A stretch of DNA of 64,000 nt from Candidatus Aldehydirespiratoraceae bacterium. GTDB lineage: Bacteria; Actinomycetota; Acidimicrobiia; Acidimicrobiales; Aldehydirespiratoraceae. Made by a program: the position numbers and the translations under genes. The notes under the pieces are model-generated. The model saw only the letters and a list, made by a program, of their open reading frames with translations, was not told the DNA's origin and did not search any database. Positions 1 to 13,450 of the stretch are shown one piece after another (position 1 is the stretch's first letter; the number at the start of each line of letters is the position of its first letter). The stretch is from positions 2,579,166-2,643,165 of the forward strand of contig OZ243951.1 of the NCBI GenBank assembly GCA_965214565.1, written 5' to 3'.

Positions 1-1
1 C

Positions 2-562
2 CGTGCAGCCAAGGCCTCGGGGCTCCCGGTCACCGCCGAAGCTGCAACCCACCACTTCTCTCTGACCGACGCGTGTTGCGCGAGTTACGACCCGGTTTTC
101 AAGGTTCACCCACCACTGCGCACTGAAGCGGACGTGGCTGCGGTCAAGGAGGGTCTCATCGACGGCACGATCGACGCCATAGCCACTGACCATGCACCTC
201 ACGCTCCCAAGTCCAAACAGCAGACATTCGCTGACGCCCCCCCGGGGATGCTCGGACTCGAAACCGCCTTCGCGGTGGCCAACACCCATCTCGACATGCC
301 GATCGAGTCCCTCCTCGCGGCGATGTCGTGGCGACCGGCGGCCATTGCTGGACTGACCGCGGAGCACGGCGGCCTCATCAAAGAGGGCAGCCCGGCCAAC
401 CTCGCGGTGATCGATCCCAAAGTCGTGTGGACGGTCTCTGCTGCAGAGATGGCGAGTCGCAGTTCCAACACGCCCTATGACGGAATGGGACTCCGAGGAA
501 GAATCCGCCACACGATCTACAAAGGAGAGGCCGTGGTTGTCGACGGCGAAGCGCAGCGATGA
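2..562 (+). CDS. pyrC: dihydroorotase, C-terminal part (5' end lies outside the window)
   Basis: The frame is open from the window edge. The IDAIATDHAPH motif and remaining sequence are typical of dihydroorotase. The stop overlaps the carA start (ATGA). Confidence 0.85.
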   Translation, partial: RAAKASGLPVTAEAATHHFSLTDACCASYDPVFKVHPPLRTEADVAAVKEGLIDGTIDAIATDHAPHAPKSKQQTFADAPPGMLGLETAFAVANTHLDMPIESLLAAMSWRPAAIAGLTAEHGGLIKEGSPANLAVIDPKVVWTVSAAEMASRSSNTPYDGMGLRGRIRHTIYKGEAVVVDGEAQR

Positions 563-1658
563 GCGGTTCTGGCCCGATTCGCCCGTATCGGCTGGTGTTG
601 GCGGACGGGGAAGTGTTCGAAGGCGAGGGCATCGGTGCTGATCCAGACGGCGGTGTCGCTTCGGGAGAGGTCGTGTTCAACACCGTTCTGTCCGGTTATC
701 AGGAGGTGATCACCGATCCTTCCTACGCGGGACAGATCATCACCTTCACCTACCCGCACATCGGCAATTACGGGGTGAACGCCACCGACGAAGAGGCCCG
801 CAGGCCGTTCTGTCGAGGTGTCATTGTCCGCGACCTGGCCCGTCGGCACAGCAACTGGCGTTCGGAGGGCGATCTCGACGCTTTTCTTCGAACCCACAAT
901 GTCGCCGGTATCGCGGGGGTCGATACCCGGCGGCTCACCCGCCATATCCGCGACTTCGGGGCGATGCCCGGCGCGTTCGGCGACACAGAAGCATCCGAAC
1001 TGCAAGCCGCGGCGAACTCAGACCCGACAACGAGCGGGGTCGACCTGGTGGGGCTGGTGTCCACCGACAAGCCCTACACGGTTGGTAGTGCGCGGCGCAG
1101 GGTTGTTGCTTACGACCTCGGTATCAAGTCCACGATGCTGCGTCACCTGTCGACCATGGCGACAGTGACGGTCGTGCCAGCGGACACTCCCGCGGCCGAT
1201 GTGCTCGCCGAGGGTCCCGACGGGGTCTTCCTGTCCAACGGCCCGGGTGATCCGCAGATGGCCGGCTCGATCGTCGGCGAACTTCCGAAACTGATCGGTC
1301 GCCTGCCGATCTTCGGGATCTGCCTCGGGCACCAGGTCCTGTCGCTGGCGCTGGGCGGCAGCACGTTCAAGATGAAGTTCGGCCACCACGGCGGCAACGT
1401 TCCGGTCATGGACCTTCGCAGCGGCAAAGTCGAGATCACCAGCCAGAACCACAACTTCGCGGTGGAGACAGGCTCTGTTCCAGATGTCGTGGAGACGCAT
1501 GTGTGCCTCAACGACGGCGCCCTCGAGGGGATGTTCCACAGGGACCTTCCGGTGTTCAGCGTGCAGTACCACCCTGAGGCCGGGCCCGGGCCCCACGACA
1601 GCCGCTACCTGTTCAAGGATTTCGAGCGGCTCATGGATACGAAAGGCTTGGTCGCATA

Positions 1659-1659
<1 letters not shown>
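559..1659 (+). CDS. carA: carbamoyl-phosphate synthase small (glutaminase) subunit
   Basis: 366 aa. Contains the FGICLGHQ glutamine amidotransferase motif and VQYHPEA. Sits in a pyr operon context. Confidence 0.95.
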
Positions 1660-5004
<3,345 letters not shown>

Positions 5005-5020
5005 GCCTGCGATGAGTGGG

Positions 5021-5110
5021 CACTGGGTGGCTAAGCACTGGGTGAGTGGGCACTGGGTGGCTAAGCACTGGGTGAGCGAGCACTGGGTGAGCGAGCACTG
5101 GGTGAGTGAG
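5021..5110. repeat. 15-nt tandem repeat, 6 copies (cactgggtgNNNNNN), between carB stop and pyrD start
   Basis: cactgggtg recurs at 5021, 5036, 5051, 5066, 5081 and 5096. There is a higher-order 30-nt unit in the first four copies. Confidence 0.9.
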
Positions 5111-5112
5111 TG

Positions 5113-6027
5113 ATGGTCGAGCTCACGACCTCGGTGGGCTCGGTGAGTCTCAAAGCGCCGGTGTTGACAGCCTCGGGCACGGTCGGTCACGGCGCGGAGT
5201 TCGCCCGTTACCTTCGTCCCAGCGAACTCGGTGCAATAGTGGTCAAGTCGATGAAGGCAACGCCGTTCCAGGGAAATCCCGCCCCGCGGGTTCACCCGAC
5301 CCCCGCCGGGATGATCAACAGCGTCGGACTTCAAGGACCCGGAGTGTCGCACTGGCTTGAACATGAACTGCCGGCCTTAGAGACCGCAGGCGCCACCGTC
5401 GTGGCCAGCATCTGGGGAAACACCGTCGACGAGTACCGTCAGGCAGCCGAGGCGCTGTCGGTGGCACCTCCGTGCGTAGTCGCGGTCGAAGTCAACGTGT
5501 CATGTCCCAATCTCGAAGACCGCAGCCGAATTTTCTCCCACAGTGCCCAAGCAACATGCGAAGCGATCGAGGCCACCAGTAGATGCGGCCGACCCCGTTG
5601 GGCCAAGCTCAGCCCCAATGCCCCGGACATCGCCGAGATCGCCGCGGCCGCACATTCCGCCGGTGCTGAGGCCGTCGTCTTGACGAACACCCTGCTGGCG
5701 ATGGTGATAGACCCCGAGACCCGACGCCCCGTATTGGGTGCGAAGCGAGGAGGTCTGTCGGGAGCAGCGATGCGCCCCGTGGCGGTTAGGGCGGTATATG
5801 ACGTGCACGAAGCGATCCCAGCTCTACCGATCGTTGGCGTCGGCGGCGTCGCCAGCGGCGTTGACGTGGCCGAGTTCCTTTTGGCCGGTGCCTCGGCGGT
5901 CGAGGTCGGCACTGCCACGTTCGCTGATCCTCGGGCGCCGCGACGAATCCTCGACGAGTTTGAACAGTGGTGCAAACGTCATGGCGTCACGCAACTCGCT
6001 GGAATCATCGGAGCGGGCCACGAGTAA
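5113..6027 (+). CDS. pyrD: dihydroorotate dehydrogenase, class 1 type (Cys catalytic base, NVSCPN)
   Basis: About 304 aa. Contains LKAPVLTASGT and NVSCPN motifs. An ATG at 5113 is preceded by an in-frame GTG at 5110. Confidence 0.9.
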   Translation: MVELTTSVGSVSLKAPVLTASGTVGHGAEFARYLRPSELGAIVVKSMKATPFQGNPAPRVHPTPAGMINSVGLQGPGVSHWLEHELPALETAGATVVASIWGNTVDEYRQAAEALSVAPPCVVAVEVNVSCPNLEDRSRIFSHSAQATCEAIEATSRCGRPRWAKLSPNAPDIAEIAAAAHSAGAEAVVLTNTLLAMVIDPETRRPVLGAKRGGLSGAAMRPVAVRAVYDVHEAIPALPIVGVGGVASGVDVAEFLLAGASAVEVGTATFADPRAPRRILDEFEQWCKRHGVTQLAGIIGAGHE

Positions 6028-6079
6028 CTATCGGCGCGGATAATTGCCTTCGTTTCTCTCGGCCTCTAGTGTTTCTGTC

Positions 6080-6394
6080 ATGTCTAACCCTCCAAAGTTG
6101 TCAGACGAGGCGCGAGCCGCAGCACTTGCAAAGGCAACCGAAGCGCGAAAGGCCCGTCGAGAGTTAAAGCAGTTGTTGAAGATGCGATCTTTGACTCTTG
6201 CCGAAGTTTTCGAAAAGGCCGACTCAGACGAAATCGTTGCAAAGACGAAGACGTTGGCCGTGATCGAGTCGCTTCCTGGGGTAGGGAAAGTCAAGGCCCG
6301 GCGTGCCATGGAAGACATCGGTATTGCGGAGAACCGCCGTCTTCGGGGTCTTGGCCAGAAGCAGAGGGCTGAACTTCTGGAGCGGTTCGGCTGA
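6080..6394 (+). CDS. mihF: actinobacterial integration host factor mIHF
   Basis: The sequence MSNPPKLSDEARAAALAKA...LPGVGKVKARRAMEDIGI...GLGQKQRAELLERFG is characteristic of mIHF. It lies upstream of gmk-rpoZ, as in other actinobacteria. Confidence 0.85.
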   Translation: MSNPPKLSDEARAAALAKATEARKARRELKQLLKMRSLTLAEVFEKADSDEIVAKTKTLAVIESLPGVGKVKARRAMEDIGIAENRRLRGLGQKQRAELLERFG

Positions 6395-6426
6395 CCAGAG
6401 TCTGCTATGAGGCTGGTTGATCGACG

Positions 6427-6984
6427 GTGATTGCGGCCTCAGACCAGTTGGTCGTTGTCATCTCCGGCCCGGGTGGGGTTGGGAAGGGTACGCTGGTTGC
6501 CCGGCTGTTGGACCGGGACCACCGGCTCTGGCTCTCGCGTAGTTGGACGACCCGCGCCCGGCGTCCAGGCGAGTCGATGGAGGCATACCACTTCACGAAC
6601 AGGGAGTTCTTTGACCGACACATGGAGGCCGGCGGATTCCTCGAGTGGGTGGACTTCTTGGACTACCGCCAAGGCACACCGGTGGTACAGCCACCCCCGG
6701 GACATGATCTGGTCTATGAGATCGACGTCTACGGAGCCAAGCAGATCCGTGAGCACTTTCCCGACGCGCTGTTGGTTTTCGTCGATGCTCCTTCCCGTGA
6801 AGCCCAGCGGGCTCGCTTGGTCGGTCGCGGCGACCCCCCGGACAAGATTGAAGACCGCTTGGCCTGCGCCGACACCGAGTTGGCCACAGCGCGAGAACTC
6901 GGTGCGAGGATATTGATCAACGGCGACCTCAATCGGGCGCTCGAAGAGTTGGAAGCGTTGATTCGCGAGCGTCGCGGGAGCTAG
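6427..6984 (+). CDS. gmk: guanylate kinase
   Basis: P-loop GPGGVGKGT. Contains RPGE and Y.F motifs. Conserved gmk-rpoZ synteny. Confidence 0.9.
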   Translation: MIAASDQLVVVISGPGGVGKGTLVARLLDRDHRLWLSRSWTTRARRPGESMEAYHFTNREFFDRHMEAGGFLEWVDFLDYRQGTPVVQPPPGHDLVYEIDVYGAKQIREHFPDALLVFVDAPSREAQRARLVGRGDPPDKIEDRLACADTELATARELGARILINGDLNRALEELEALIRERRGS

Positions 6985-7063
6985 TGCCGCTGCTACGCTT
7001 GTATGTCGGTTGAACACCACGCGGCTGACGACACAGTTCGTCGACGTCTCGGGAGAAGGCACA

Positions 7064-7372
7064 ATGGCACACGGCTATGACACGATGATGAATCCTTCGA
7101 TTGAGGGCCTCCTCGACGATGTCGGCTCCAAGTTCCGACTCGTCACGCTCTCTGCCATGCGGAGCCGCGAAATCACGAACTATGTGGGGCAACTCGGCCG
7201 AGGTATGGGGGCGTCGATACCTCCCCAGGTTGCGTCCACGGCCAGCAAGCCGTTGTCGATCGCCTTCGAGGAAATCGCTGCGGACAAGATCATCGCCGTC
7301 GACGTCGACACGGAAGCCGGAGCAGAAGCCGAATCCGAAGGTGGAACCGCTGCGGACTTTGTGGGTGCCTGA
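7064..7372 (+). CDS. rpoZ: DNA-directed RNA polymerase subunit omega
   Basis: The MMNPSIEGLLDDVGSKFRLVTLSAMRSREI core is present. ATG at 7064 is preceded by GGGAGAAGG. The track ORF starts upstream at 7010. Confidence 0.85.
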   Translation: MAHGYDTMMNPSIEGLLDDVGSKFRLVTLSAMRSREITNYVGQLGRGMGASIPPQVASTASKPLSIAFEEIAADKIIAVDVDTEAGAEAESEGGTAADFVGA

Positions 7373-7399
7373 CCCGAGCAACAGGGCGGTGGCTGGCAC

Positions 7400-8656
7400 A
7401 TGACCACGCTCTCCGGTCGACGCATCATCCTTGGTGTGACCGGCGGAATCGCCGCCTACAAGGCGGTTGAGATCTGTCGTCGTCTAGTTGACGCCGGTGC
7501 GCATGTCACTCCGGTTCTTACTGCAGGCGCCCTGAAGATGGTCGGTGAGGCCACCTTCTCGGCGTTGGCCAGCGAACCGGCGCGCACTTCTCTGTTCAAC
7601 GATCCCTCGAGTCCGATTCCGCACACCGTCATGGGTCGCAATGCTGACTTGGTGCTGGTGGCTCCGGCGACGGCGAGGGTCATTTCCGATATTCGCACGG
7701 GACGCTCGGCTGATCTCTTGACGGCCACGATTCTCGCCACCCGGGCACCGCTGATGATCTGCCCGGCGATGCACACCGAAATGTGGGAACAGGTGTCTGT
7801 GCAGGAGAACCTCGAGGTGCTGCGTGGCCGTGGCGTGCATGTCGTTGATCCAGAGAGTGGCCGACTCGCTGGAGGAGACTTCGGCCTCGGGCGACTCGCC
7901 GAGCCGGCATCGATTGTGACTGCTGTCGGGAGCCTGCTGGCCCCGAACGATCCTGGTGGCCCGAGTGATCTTGGAGGCCAGAATGACCTTGGAGGGATGC
8001 GGGTGCTCGTCACCGCCGGCGGGACTCGCGAGCCAATTGATGCGGTCCGATTTGTGGGCAACCGGTCCTCAGGCAGACAAGGCCATGCCCTCGCACGGAA
8101 CGCGGCGGAACGAGGTGCTGACGTTGTGTTGGTTACAACCAACGCGCTAAGCGCTCCGGGCGGCGTTCGCATCGTGGATGTGTCCACGGCCGAGGAAATG
8201 CATCGTGCTTGCACCGCTGAAGCGCCCGAGGCTGACCTGGTCGTGATGGCCGCAGCGGTCGCAGACTTCCGGCCGCACAGAGCAGTGGATCGCAAACTCA
8301 AGAAGGACGAGGGGATCCTCAGTGTCGAGTTCGAGCCCACGGCCGACATCCTTGCGTGTCTGGGTGCCACCAAACCCGATGGTCAGGTCCTGGTCGGATT
8401 CGCTGCCGAAACCGACGACGTCGAAATTAACGCGGCGGAAAAGCTCGACAAGAAGAACCTGGACATAATCGTGGCGAACGACGTGTCCAAACCCGGTGTC
8501 GGATTTGAGCATGAGACCAACGAGGTTGTAGTGCTACGGGCGGACGGAGTCCGGCAGCACCTTCCGCTGTGCAGCAAGGGCGAGGTGGCCCGTGTCGTGC
8601 TTGATGCCGCCGTTGAAACCCTTAACCGACTCGACAATTCACAGGAGCAAGAGTGA
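7400..8656 (+). CDS. coaBC: bifunctional phosphopantothenoylcysteine decarboxylase / phosphopantothenate-cysteine ligase
   Basis: 418 aa. N-terminal flavoprotein domain ([13 protein letters not shown]) plus a DFP C-terminal domain. Confidence 0.9.
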   Translation: MTTLSGRRIILGVTGGIAAYKAVEICRRLVDAGAHVTPVLTAGALKMVGEATFSALASEPARTSLFNDPSSPIPHTVMGRNADLVLVAPATARVISDIRTGRSADLLTATILATRAPLMICPAMHTEMWEQVSVQENLEVLRGRGVHVVDPESGRLAGGDFGLGRLAEPASIVTAVGSLLAPNDPGGPSDLGGQNDLGGMRVLVTAGGTREPIDAVRFVGNRSSGRQGHALARNAAERGADVVLVTTNALSAPGGVRIVDVSTAEEMHRACTAEAPEADLVVMAAAVADFRPHRAVDRKLKKDEGILSVEFEPTADILACLGATKPDGQVLVGFAAETDDVEINAAEKLDKKNLDIIVANDVSKPGVGFEHETNEVVVLRADGVRQHLPLCSKGEVARVVLDAAVETLNRLDNSQEQE

Positions 8657-9855
8657 CTCGCTGGACCTTCACCTCTGAGAGCGTGACCGAGGGCCATCCG
8701 GACAAGATGGCAGATCAGATTTCAGACTCAATTCTCGATGCCATGTTGGCCCAGGACGAAATGAGTCGTGTGGCCTGCGAAACCATGGTGACTACTGGAC
8801 TTGCGATCGTGGCCGGTGAGATCACCACCGACGCCTATGTGGATATTGCCGGCACGGTACGTGAGACGATCAAGGAGATCGGCTACGACCGTGAAGCCTT
8901 CGGTTACGACGGCAACACCTGCGGGGTGATGGTCACGATCGACGACCAGTCGCCGGACATCTTTCTGGGACTCACCGCGTCTGAAGAGGTTCGTTCCGGT
9001 ATTGCCGGAGAAAAAGACGCACTCGACATGCAGGGGGCCGGGGATCAGGGGATGATGTTCGGCTACGCCTGCGATGAGACTGAGGAACTGATGCCGTTGC
9101 CCATTCACCTCGCTCATCGGATGGCCGAACGCCACGCCGAGGTCCGCAAGGCCGGGACGATTCCCTATCTCCGACCGGATGCCAAGACCCAGGTGACTTT
9201 CGAGTATGAGGGCAGCAAACCTGTTCGGCTCAAGACCGTCCTGGTCTCCACCCAGCACAATGACGGCATCGACCGCGACTCGATGATTCGGCCCGATCTG
9301 ATCGAGCATGTGATTGCTCCGGTCATTCCCGCGGAGTTCGCCGACGACAACTACGACGTCTACGTCAACCCGACGGGCCGTTTCGTGATCGGTGGTCCCG
9401 TGGGGGACTGTGGACTCACCGGACGCAAGATCATTGTCGACACGTACGGTGGGATGGCTCGCCATGGCGGTGGTGCATTCTCAGGCAAGGATCCTTCGAA
9501 GGTCGATCGTTCGGCTGCCTACGCGGCCCGCTGGGTGGCAAAGAACTTGGTCGCCTCGGGAGCAGCAAGCCGCTGTGAGGTTCAGGTCGCCTACGCCATC
9601 GGCATGGCCCGCCCCGTTTCGATCCTTGTCGACACCTTCGGCACGGAGACTGTCGAAAAGGTAGCGATCGACGCAGCCATCGACGACATATTCGATCTCC
9701 GTCCAGCCGCGATACTCCGCGATCTCGATCTCCGTCGTCCGATCTACCGCAAGACCGCCGCATACGGGCACTTCGGCCGTTCGAGCGACGACGGCCTGTT
9801 CCCCTGGGAGCAGACGAACCGGGTCGACGACCTCGTCTCAGCATTGGGACTCTGA
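8653..9855 (+). CDS. metK: S-adenosylmethionine synthetase
   Basis: 400 aa. Contains [13 protein letters not shown] and [16 protein letters not shown] motifs. Confidence 0.95.
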   Translation: MTRWTFTSESVTEGHPDKMADQISDSILDAMLAQDEMSRVACETMVTTGLAIVAGEITTDAYVDIAGTVRETIKEIGYDREAFGYDGNTCGVMVTIDDQSPDIFLGLTASEEVRSGIAGEKDALDMQGAGDQGMMFGYACDETEELMPLPIHLAHRMAERHAEVRKAGTIPYLRPDAKTQVTFEYEGSKPVRLKTVLVSTQHNDGIDRDSMIRPDLIEHVIAPVIPAEFADDNYDVYVNPTGRFVIGGPVGDCGLTGRKIIVDTYGGMARHGGGAFSGKDPSKVDRSAAYAARWVAKNLVASGAASRCEVQVAYAIGMARPVSILVDTFGTETVEKVAIDAAIDDIFDLRPAAILRDLDLRRPIYRKTAAYGHFGRSSDDGLFPWEQTNRVDDLVSALGL

Positions 9856-9863
9856 GGTTCCGC

Positions 9864-11630
9864 TTGCCGAAGTCGAGCTCGGGAGGACCCGACCGCAAGG
9901 TCGTGCGGGTTGTTCCCGATGTGTTGGGGATCAACAGAGAGTTCGACTACTACGTTCCCGAGGCGTGGCACCGCGATGGTCGCGCGGCCCGGCTGAGCGT
10001 GGGTTCGATGGTGCGGGTGTCTCTGGCGGGAAGGCGGGTGGGCGCCTGGGTGTGCGCTCTCGATGTTGAACCGGCCCAAGGAGTGGAGCTGGCCCCGTTG
10101 AGAACCCTGCGCGGCATTGGACCCGACGCCGAGATGCTCGAACTGGCTTCCTGGGCGGCGTGGCGTTGGGCTGGCAGCAGAGTGAAGTTCCTGCGTGCTG
10201 CTTCACCGCCCTCGATGCTCGCGGGAGTGCCGCGGGGCGCGAGCCGCGACCCTGTGCCGTCCGGCCCCGCGGACGTGTTCTCGCGGGCATTCGAGCTGGC
10301 TCGGGAACGTGGCGTCGCAGTGGTCAGGACCCCACCGATCAGCGACGATGTGTCGTTGGCTCTGGAAGCTTGCAGAGGGGGCGACGCGTTGTTGCTACTC
10401 GCAGACTCCGCTAGGGCCCGTCGCCTCGGGATCGCCTTGCGCCGTGCCGGCGTCAGGATCGCTCTAGGGGTTCAGGAGTGGTCTGTGGCCGCCAGCGGGG
10501 CCACGGTGGTCGGGACTCGGTCGGCGGTCTGGATGCCCATGCCGCGGCTTTCCGGGGTGGTTGTCTTCGACGAGCACGATGAGTCGCACGCCGAGCAGTC
10601 GACTCCTGCCTGGAACGCTCGGGAGGCCGGTCTGGAGCGGGCCCGCCGCCGCGGTGTGCCGGTCGTGCTCAGTTCTCCGGTGCCGTCGCTCGAGGCACTG
10701 CGCTCCGGTCCTCTGCTTCGGCCTGACCGTGCTGCGGAGAGATTGGGGTGGCCGAGGGTGGAAGTGCTCGATCGTCGTGCCGAGGACCCGGCGAAGGTGG
10801 GCCTCTTCGCCGAGGGTGTCGCCGGGGTGCTCCGGGGCGAGAGTCGGGTCGTCTGTGTGCTGAATCGCAGGGGACGTTCGCGGCTGTTGGCCTGCACGGC
10901 GTGCGGCGAGCTGGTGCGTACGCTCGACGGTACCTCACCCATGGTGCTTGAAGACTCCGAGCTTCGTTCGCCTGATGGCAGCGAGGTGCGTCCGCCGGTA
11001 TGCGCCCTATGCGGAGACACCCGTTTGAAGAACCTCCGAGCAGGGGTGACACGCGCCAGGGAAGAATTGGAAGCTCTGGTCGGCGAGGCAGTCGACGAGG
11101 TCACCGCGTCGACTGTGGCGCAACCGGCGAGCCGAGTGGTGATCGGAACCGAAGCGGTGCTGCATCGCATCGTCGCGGCCGATGTCGTCGTGTTCTTGGA
11201 CCTTGACCAGGAACTTCTCGCGCCTCGCCAGAGAGCCGTGGAACAGGCGATGGCGCTGTTGGCACGGGCTGCTCGTCTACTGGGGCCGCGCAACTCCGGT
11301 GGGTGCCTCGTGCTCCAGACCCGCCAACCGGACCATGAAGTTGTGCGGGCGGTGACACGCGCCGACCCGTCGATCGTGGCGGTCGCGGAGCGCGATCGGC
11401 GCAGATCCGTGGGTATAGCGCCCTACGGAGCACAGGTTCTGGTCTCCGGTGCAGGAGCGGCAGAGTTCATCGGCACGCTGGGCCATCGGGCCGGGGTTCG
11501 AGTCCTCGGCCCCTCCGACGACCGTTGGTTGTTGCAGGCCGACACCCATGAGCCGCTCCTCAACGCCATCGAAGACACGCCCCGCCCCGACAGTCGTCTG
11601 CGGATAGAGGTCGACCCGCTGCGGGTGTGA
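9864..11630 (+). CDS. priA: primosomal protein N' (actinobacterial-type PriA)
   Basis: 588 aa. N-terminal F.Y.VP motif and a Cys-cluster region (CTACG...CALCG). Its position after metK is typical for actinobacteria. Confidence 0.8.
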   Translation: MPKSSSGGPDRKVVRVVPDVLGINREFDYYVPEAWHRDGRAARLSVGSMVRVSLAGRRVGAWVCALDVEPAQGVELAPLRTLRGIGPDAEMLELASWAAWRWAGSRVKFLRAASPPSMLAGVPRGASRDPVPSGPADVFSRAFELARERGVAVVRTPPISDDVSLALEACRGGDALLLLADSARARRLGIALRRAGVRIALGVQEWSVAASGATVVGTRSAVWMPMPRLSGVVVFDEHDESHAEQSTPAWNAREAGLERARRRGVPVVLSSPVPSLEALRSGPLLRPDRAAERLGWPRVEVLDRRAEDPAKVGLFAEGVAGVLRGESRVVCVLNRRGRSRLLACTACGELVRTLDGTSPMVLEDSELRSPDGSEVRPPVCALCGDTRLKNLRAGVTRAREELEALVGEAVDEVTASTVAQPASRVVIGTEAVLHRIVAADVVVFLDLDQELLAPRQRAVEQAMALLARAARLLGPRNSGGCLVLQTRQPDHEVVRAVTRADPSIVAVAERDRRRSVGIAPYGAQVLVSGAGAAEFIGTLGHRAGVRVLGPSDDRWLLQADTHEPLLNAIEDTPRPDSRLRIEVDPLRV

Positions 11631-11641
11631 GGCTCAAGGAG

Positions 11642-12151
11642 CTACTGCTGGGATTTCGACGTCCAGTTGGTGCGGCGGGTTTCGTAGAGGGCGATTGCGG
11701 TTGCGATTGCGACGTTGAGTGAGCCGACTTTGCCGAGTTGGGGGATGAAGGCGATGTCGTCGCAGACTTCTAGTGTGTTGGGAGTGATCCCTCGATCCTC
11801 GTGGCCGATCACCAGAGCTATGTCGCCGGACAGATCGGTGTCGTGAAGCGGCGAGGCATCGCTGGTGAGTTCGAGTGCGATTACCCGGTAGCCGTTGGCC
11901 CGTGCCGCGGTCACTGCCGCAGGACCTGAGTCGATCTCCGTCCAACTCAAATAGCGGGCGCTTCCCAGAGCGGTCTTGTCGACTTTGTCGTGGTCCGGCG
12001 AGGTGCCTTTGGCGATCCACAGGTGATCGATGCGCTGCGCGGCTGCAGTGCGAACGATCGAACCGACGTTGAACGGGTTGGCCACGCCGTCGAGGATCAG
12101 GGCAAGCCGACCTGTGGTTCGCTGACGCCAAGAACGGTGAAGCCGTTTCAT
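11642..12151 (-). CDS. TrmH/SpoU family RNA 2'-O-methyltransferase
   Basis: Contains NPFNVGSIVRTA, VIGHEDRGI and GKVGSLNVAIATAIALYE motifs. The start is taken at the internal ATG (12151), downstream of the neighbouring gene's stop. Confidence 0.75.
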   Translation of the reverse strand: MKRLHRSWRQRTTGRLALILDGVANPFNVGSIVRTAAAQRIDHLWIAKGTSPDHDKVDKTALGSARYLSWTEIDSGPAAVTAARANGYRVIALELTSDASPLHDTDLSGDIALVIGHEDRGITPNTLEVCDDIAFIPQLGKVGSLNVAIATAIALYETRRTNWTSKSQQ

Positions 12152-12174
12152 GCCCGTGCCGTCGAGTTGTGCCA

Positions 12175-12783
12175 CTAGTCCTCCCGTGGGTTGACTTCGA
12201 GTATGCGATAACCCGAGCGGCTGACCAACCGAATTGTCGGGAATCCTTGGTCTGTCAGCCAACGACTCAGAGAATCGCTGCCCAGGTGTTTCTGGACGAC
12301 GAGATGGGCCCGGCCGTCGGGGTTCAAGCGGCTGAGCCACGTCTCAAGCAGTTGATGCAACGCTTGTTTGCCGATCCGGATCGGTGGGTTGGACAGGATT
12401 CGGTCGAAACGAACGCTCTTTGGTACCTCAGTGGGAGGCGCGACAGTGATGCGGTCGCCGGCACCTAACGCCTCGGCATTGAGTTCGGTGAGTGTCCGAG
12501 CCCGAGTATTGGTATCGACAGCCCAGATTCGACCTGTCGCAGTTCGCAGTGCAGTGACGCAGGCAATGGGCCCCCAGCCGCAGCCGAGGTCGAGGGCCAC
12601 CGTGTCGTCCTCCACCCGAGGAGTCTCTGTTAGCAGCAACTTTGTACCGGGATCGAGCCGATCGGAGGAGAACACTCCCCGGTCTGATGTGAGTGTCACG
12701 GACAGGTCAACGAGGTTGATCTCGACCCGCGAAGGTCTAGAGGCCACCTTCGGGTCTTGATCGAAATAGTGAGCCGTCCCCAC
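12175..12783 (-). CDS. class I SAM-dependent methyltransferase, RsmC/RlmG-like small domain
   Basis: Contains LDLGCGWGPI and NPPIRIGK motifs. GTG start. Confidence 0.75.
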   Translation of the reverse strand: MGTAHYFDQDPKVASRPSRVEINLVDLSVTLTSDRGVFSSDRLDPGTKLLLTETPRVEDDTVALDLGCGWGPIACVTALRTATGRIWAVDTNTRARTLTELNAEALGAGDRITVAPPTEVPKSVRFDRILSNPPIRIGKQALHQLLETWLSRLNPDGRAHLVVQKHLGSDSLSRWLTDQGFPTIRLVSRSGYRILEVNPRED

Positions 12784-12844
12784 AGCCGCGACCGTACTGC
12801 ACCCTCAACGCCATGGGCGTGGATCTTTCGGTTAGCCTGAACGG

Positions 12845-13450
12845 GTGAGCAGTTACGACATTCGTGTCATTGGGGATCCCGTGTTGCGCCAGAGTGCGCG
12901 TCGGATTACCGACATCGACGGCGCGCTCGTGCGACTTGCCGACGACATGATCGAAACGATGTACGAAGCACCAGGTATCGGGCTCGCGGCTCCCCAAGTA
13001 GGAGTACAGAAAAGGTTGTTTGTATGGGATATGGGCGAAGGACCAAAGGTGATCGTCAACCCCGAGATCATCGAATCGGACGGCGAATGGCTCTATGACG
13101 AGGCATGCCTGTCGGTTCCCGGGTTGTCCTGGGAGATAGTCCGCCCCAAGACGGTTCACCTGGTCGGTCGCGACCTCGACGGCAACGAGATGTCGTTCGA
13201 GGCCGATGAACTGGAGGCGAGGTTGTTCCAACACGAGCTCGATCATCTCGACGGCACCCTGCTGATTGAGCGGCTCGACTCAGACACCCGCAAGACCGCG
13301 CTCAAGACGATCCGCGCCCTGCAGTTGGCGGAGGCCATGCCAACATCACGAGCCGTCGGATCACGCAGCGCCACGAATGCGAGCGATGAAACTGCGAGTG
13401 GCATAGCAGCGAGCCCCAAGGCTGCGAGCCAAGGCCTAAGGCTGCCGTGA
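12845..13450 (+). CDS. def: peptide deformylase
   Basis: Contains GIGLAAPQVG, EACLS(V)PG and HELDHL motifs. Has a C-terminal extension. Confidence 0.9.
   Translation: MSSYDIRVIGDPVLRQSARRITDIDGALVRLADDMIETMYEAPGIGLAAPQVGVQKRLFVWDMGEGPKVIVNPEIIESDGEWLYDEACLSVPGLSWEIVRPKTVHLVGRDLDGNEMSFEADELEARLFQHELDHLDGTLLIERLDSDTRKTALKTIRALQLAEAMPTSRAVGSRSATNASDETASGIAASPKAASQGLRLP

Noticed and set aside
5021-5110. CRISPR array (considered for this and the other tandem repeats).
   Set aside because: The repeats are directly abutting with no unique spacers, the units are only 11-16 nt, and there are no cas genes in the window.
11485-11515. tRNA-like T-arm sequence (GGTTCGAGTCC).
   Set aside because: It lies inside the well-supported priA ORF. 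The flanks do not fold into acceptor, D or anticodon arms.
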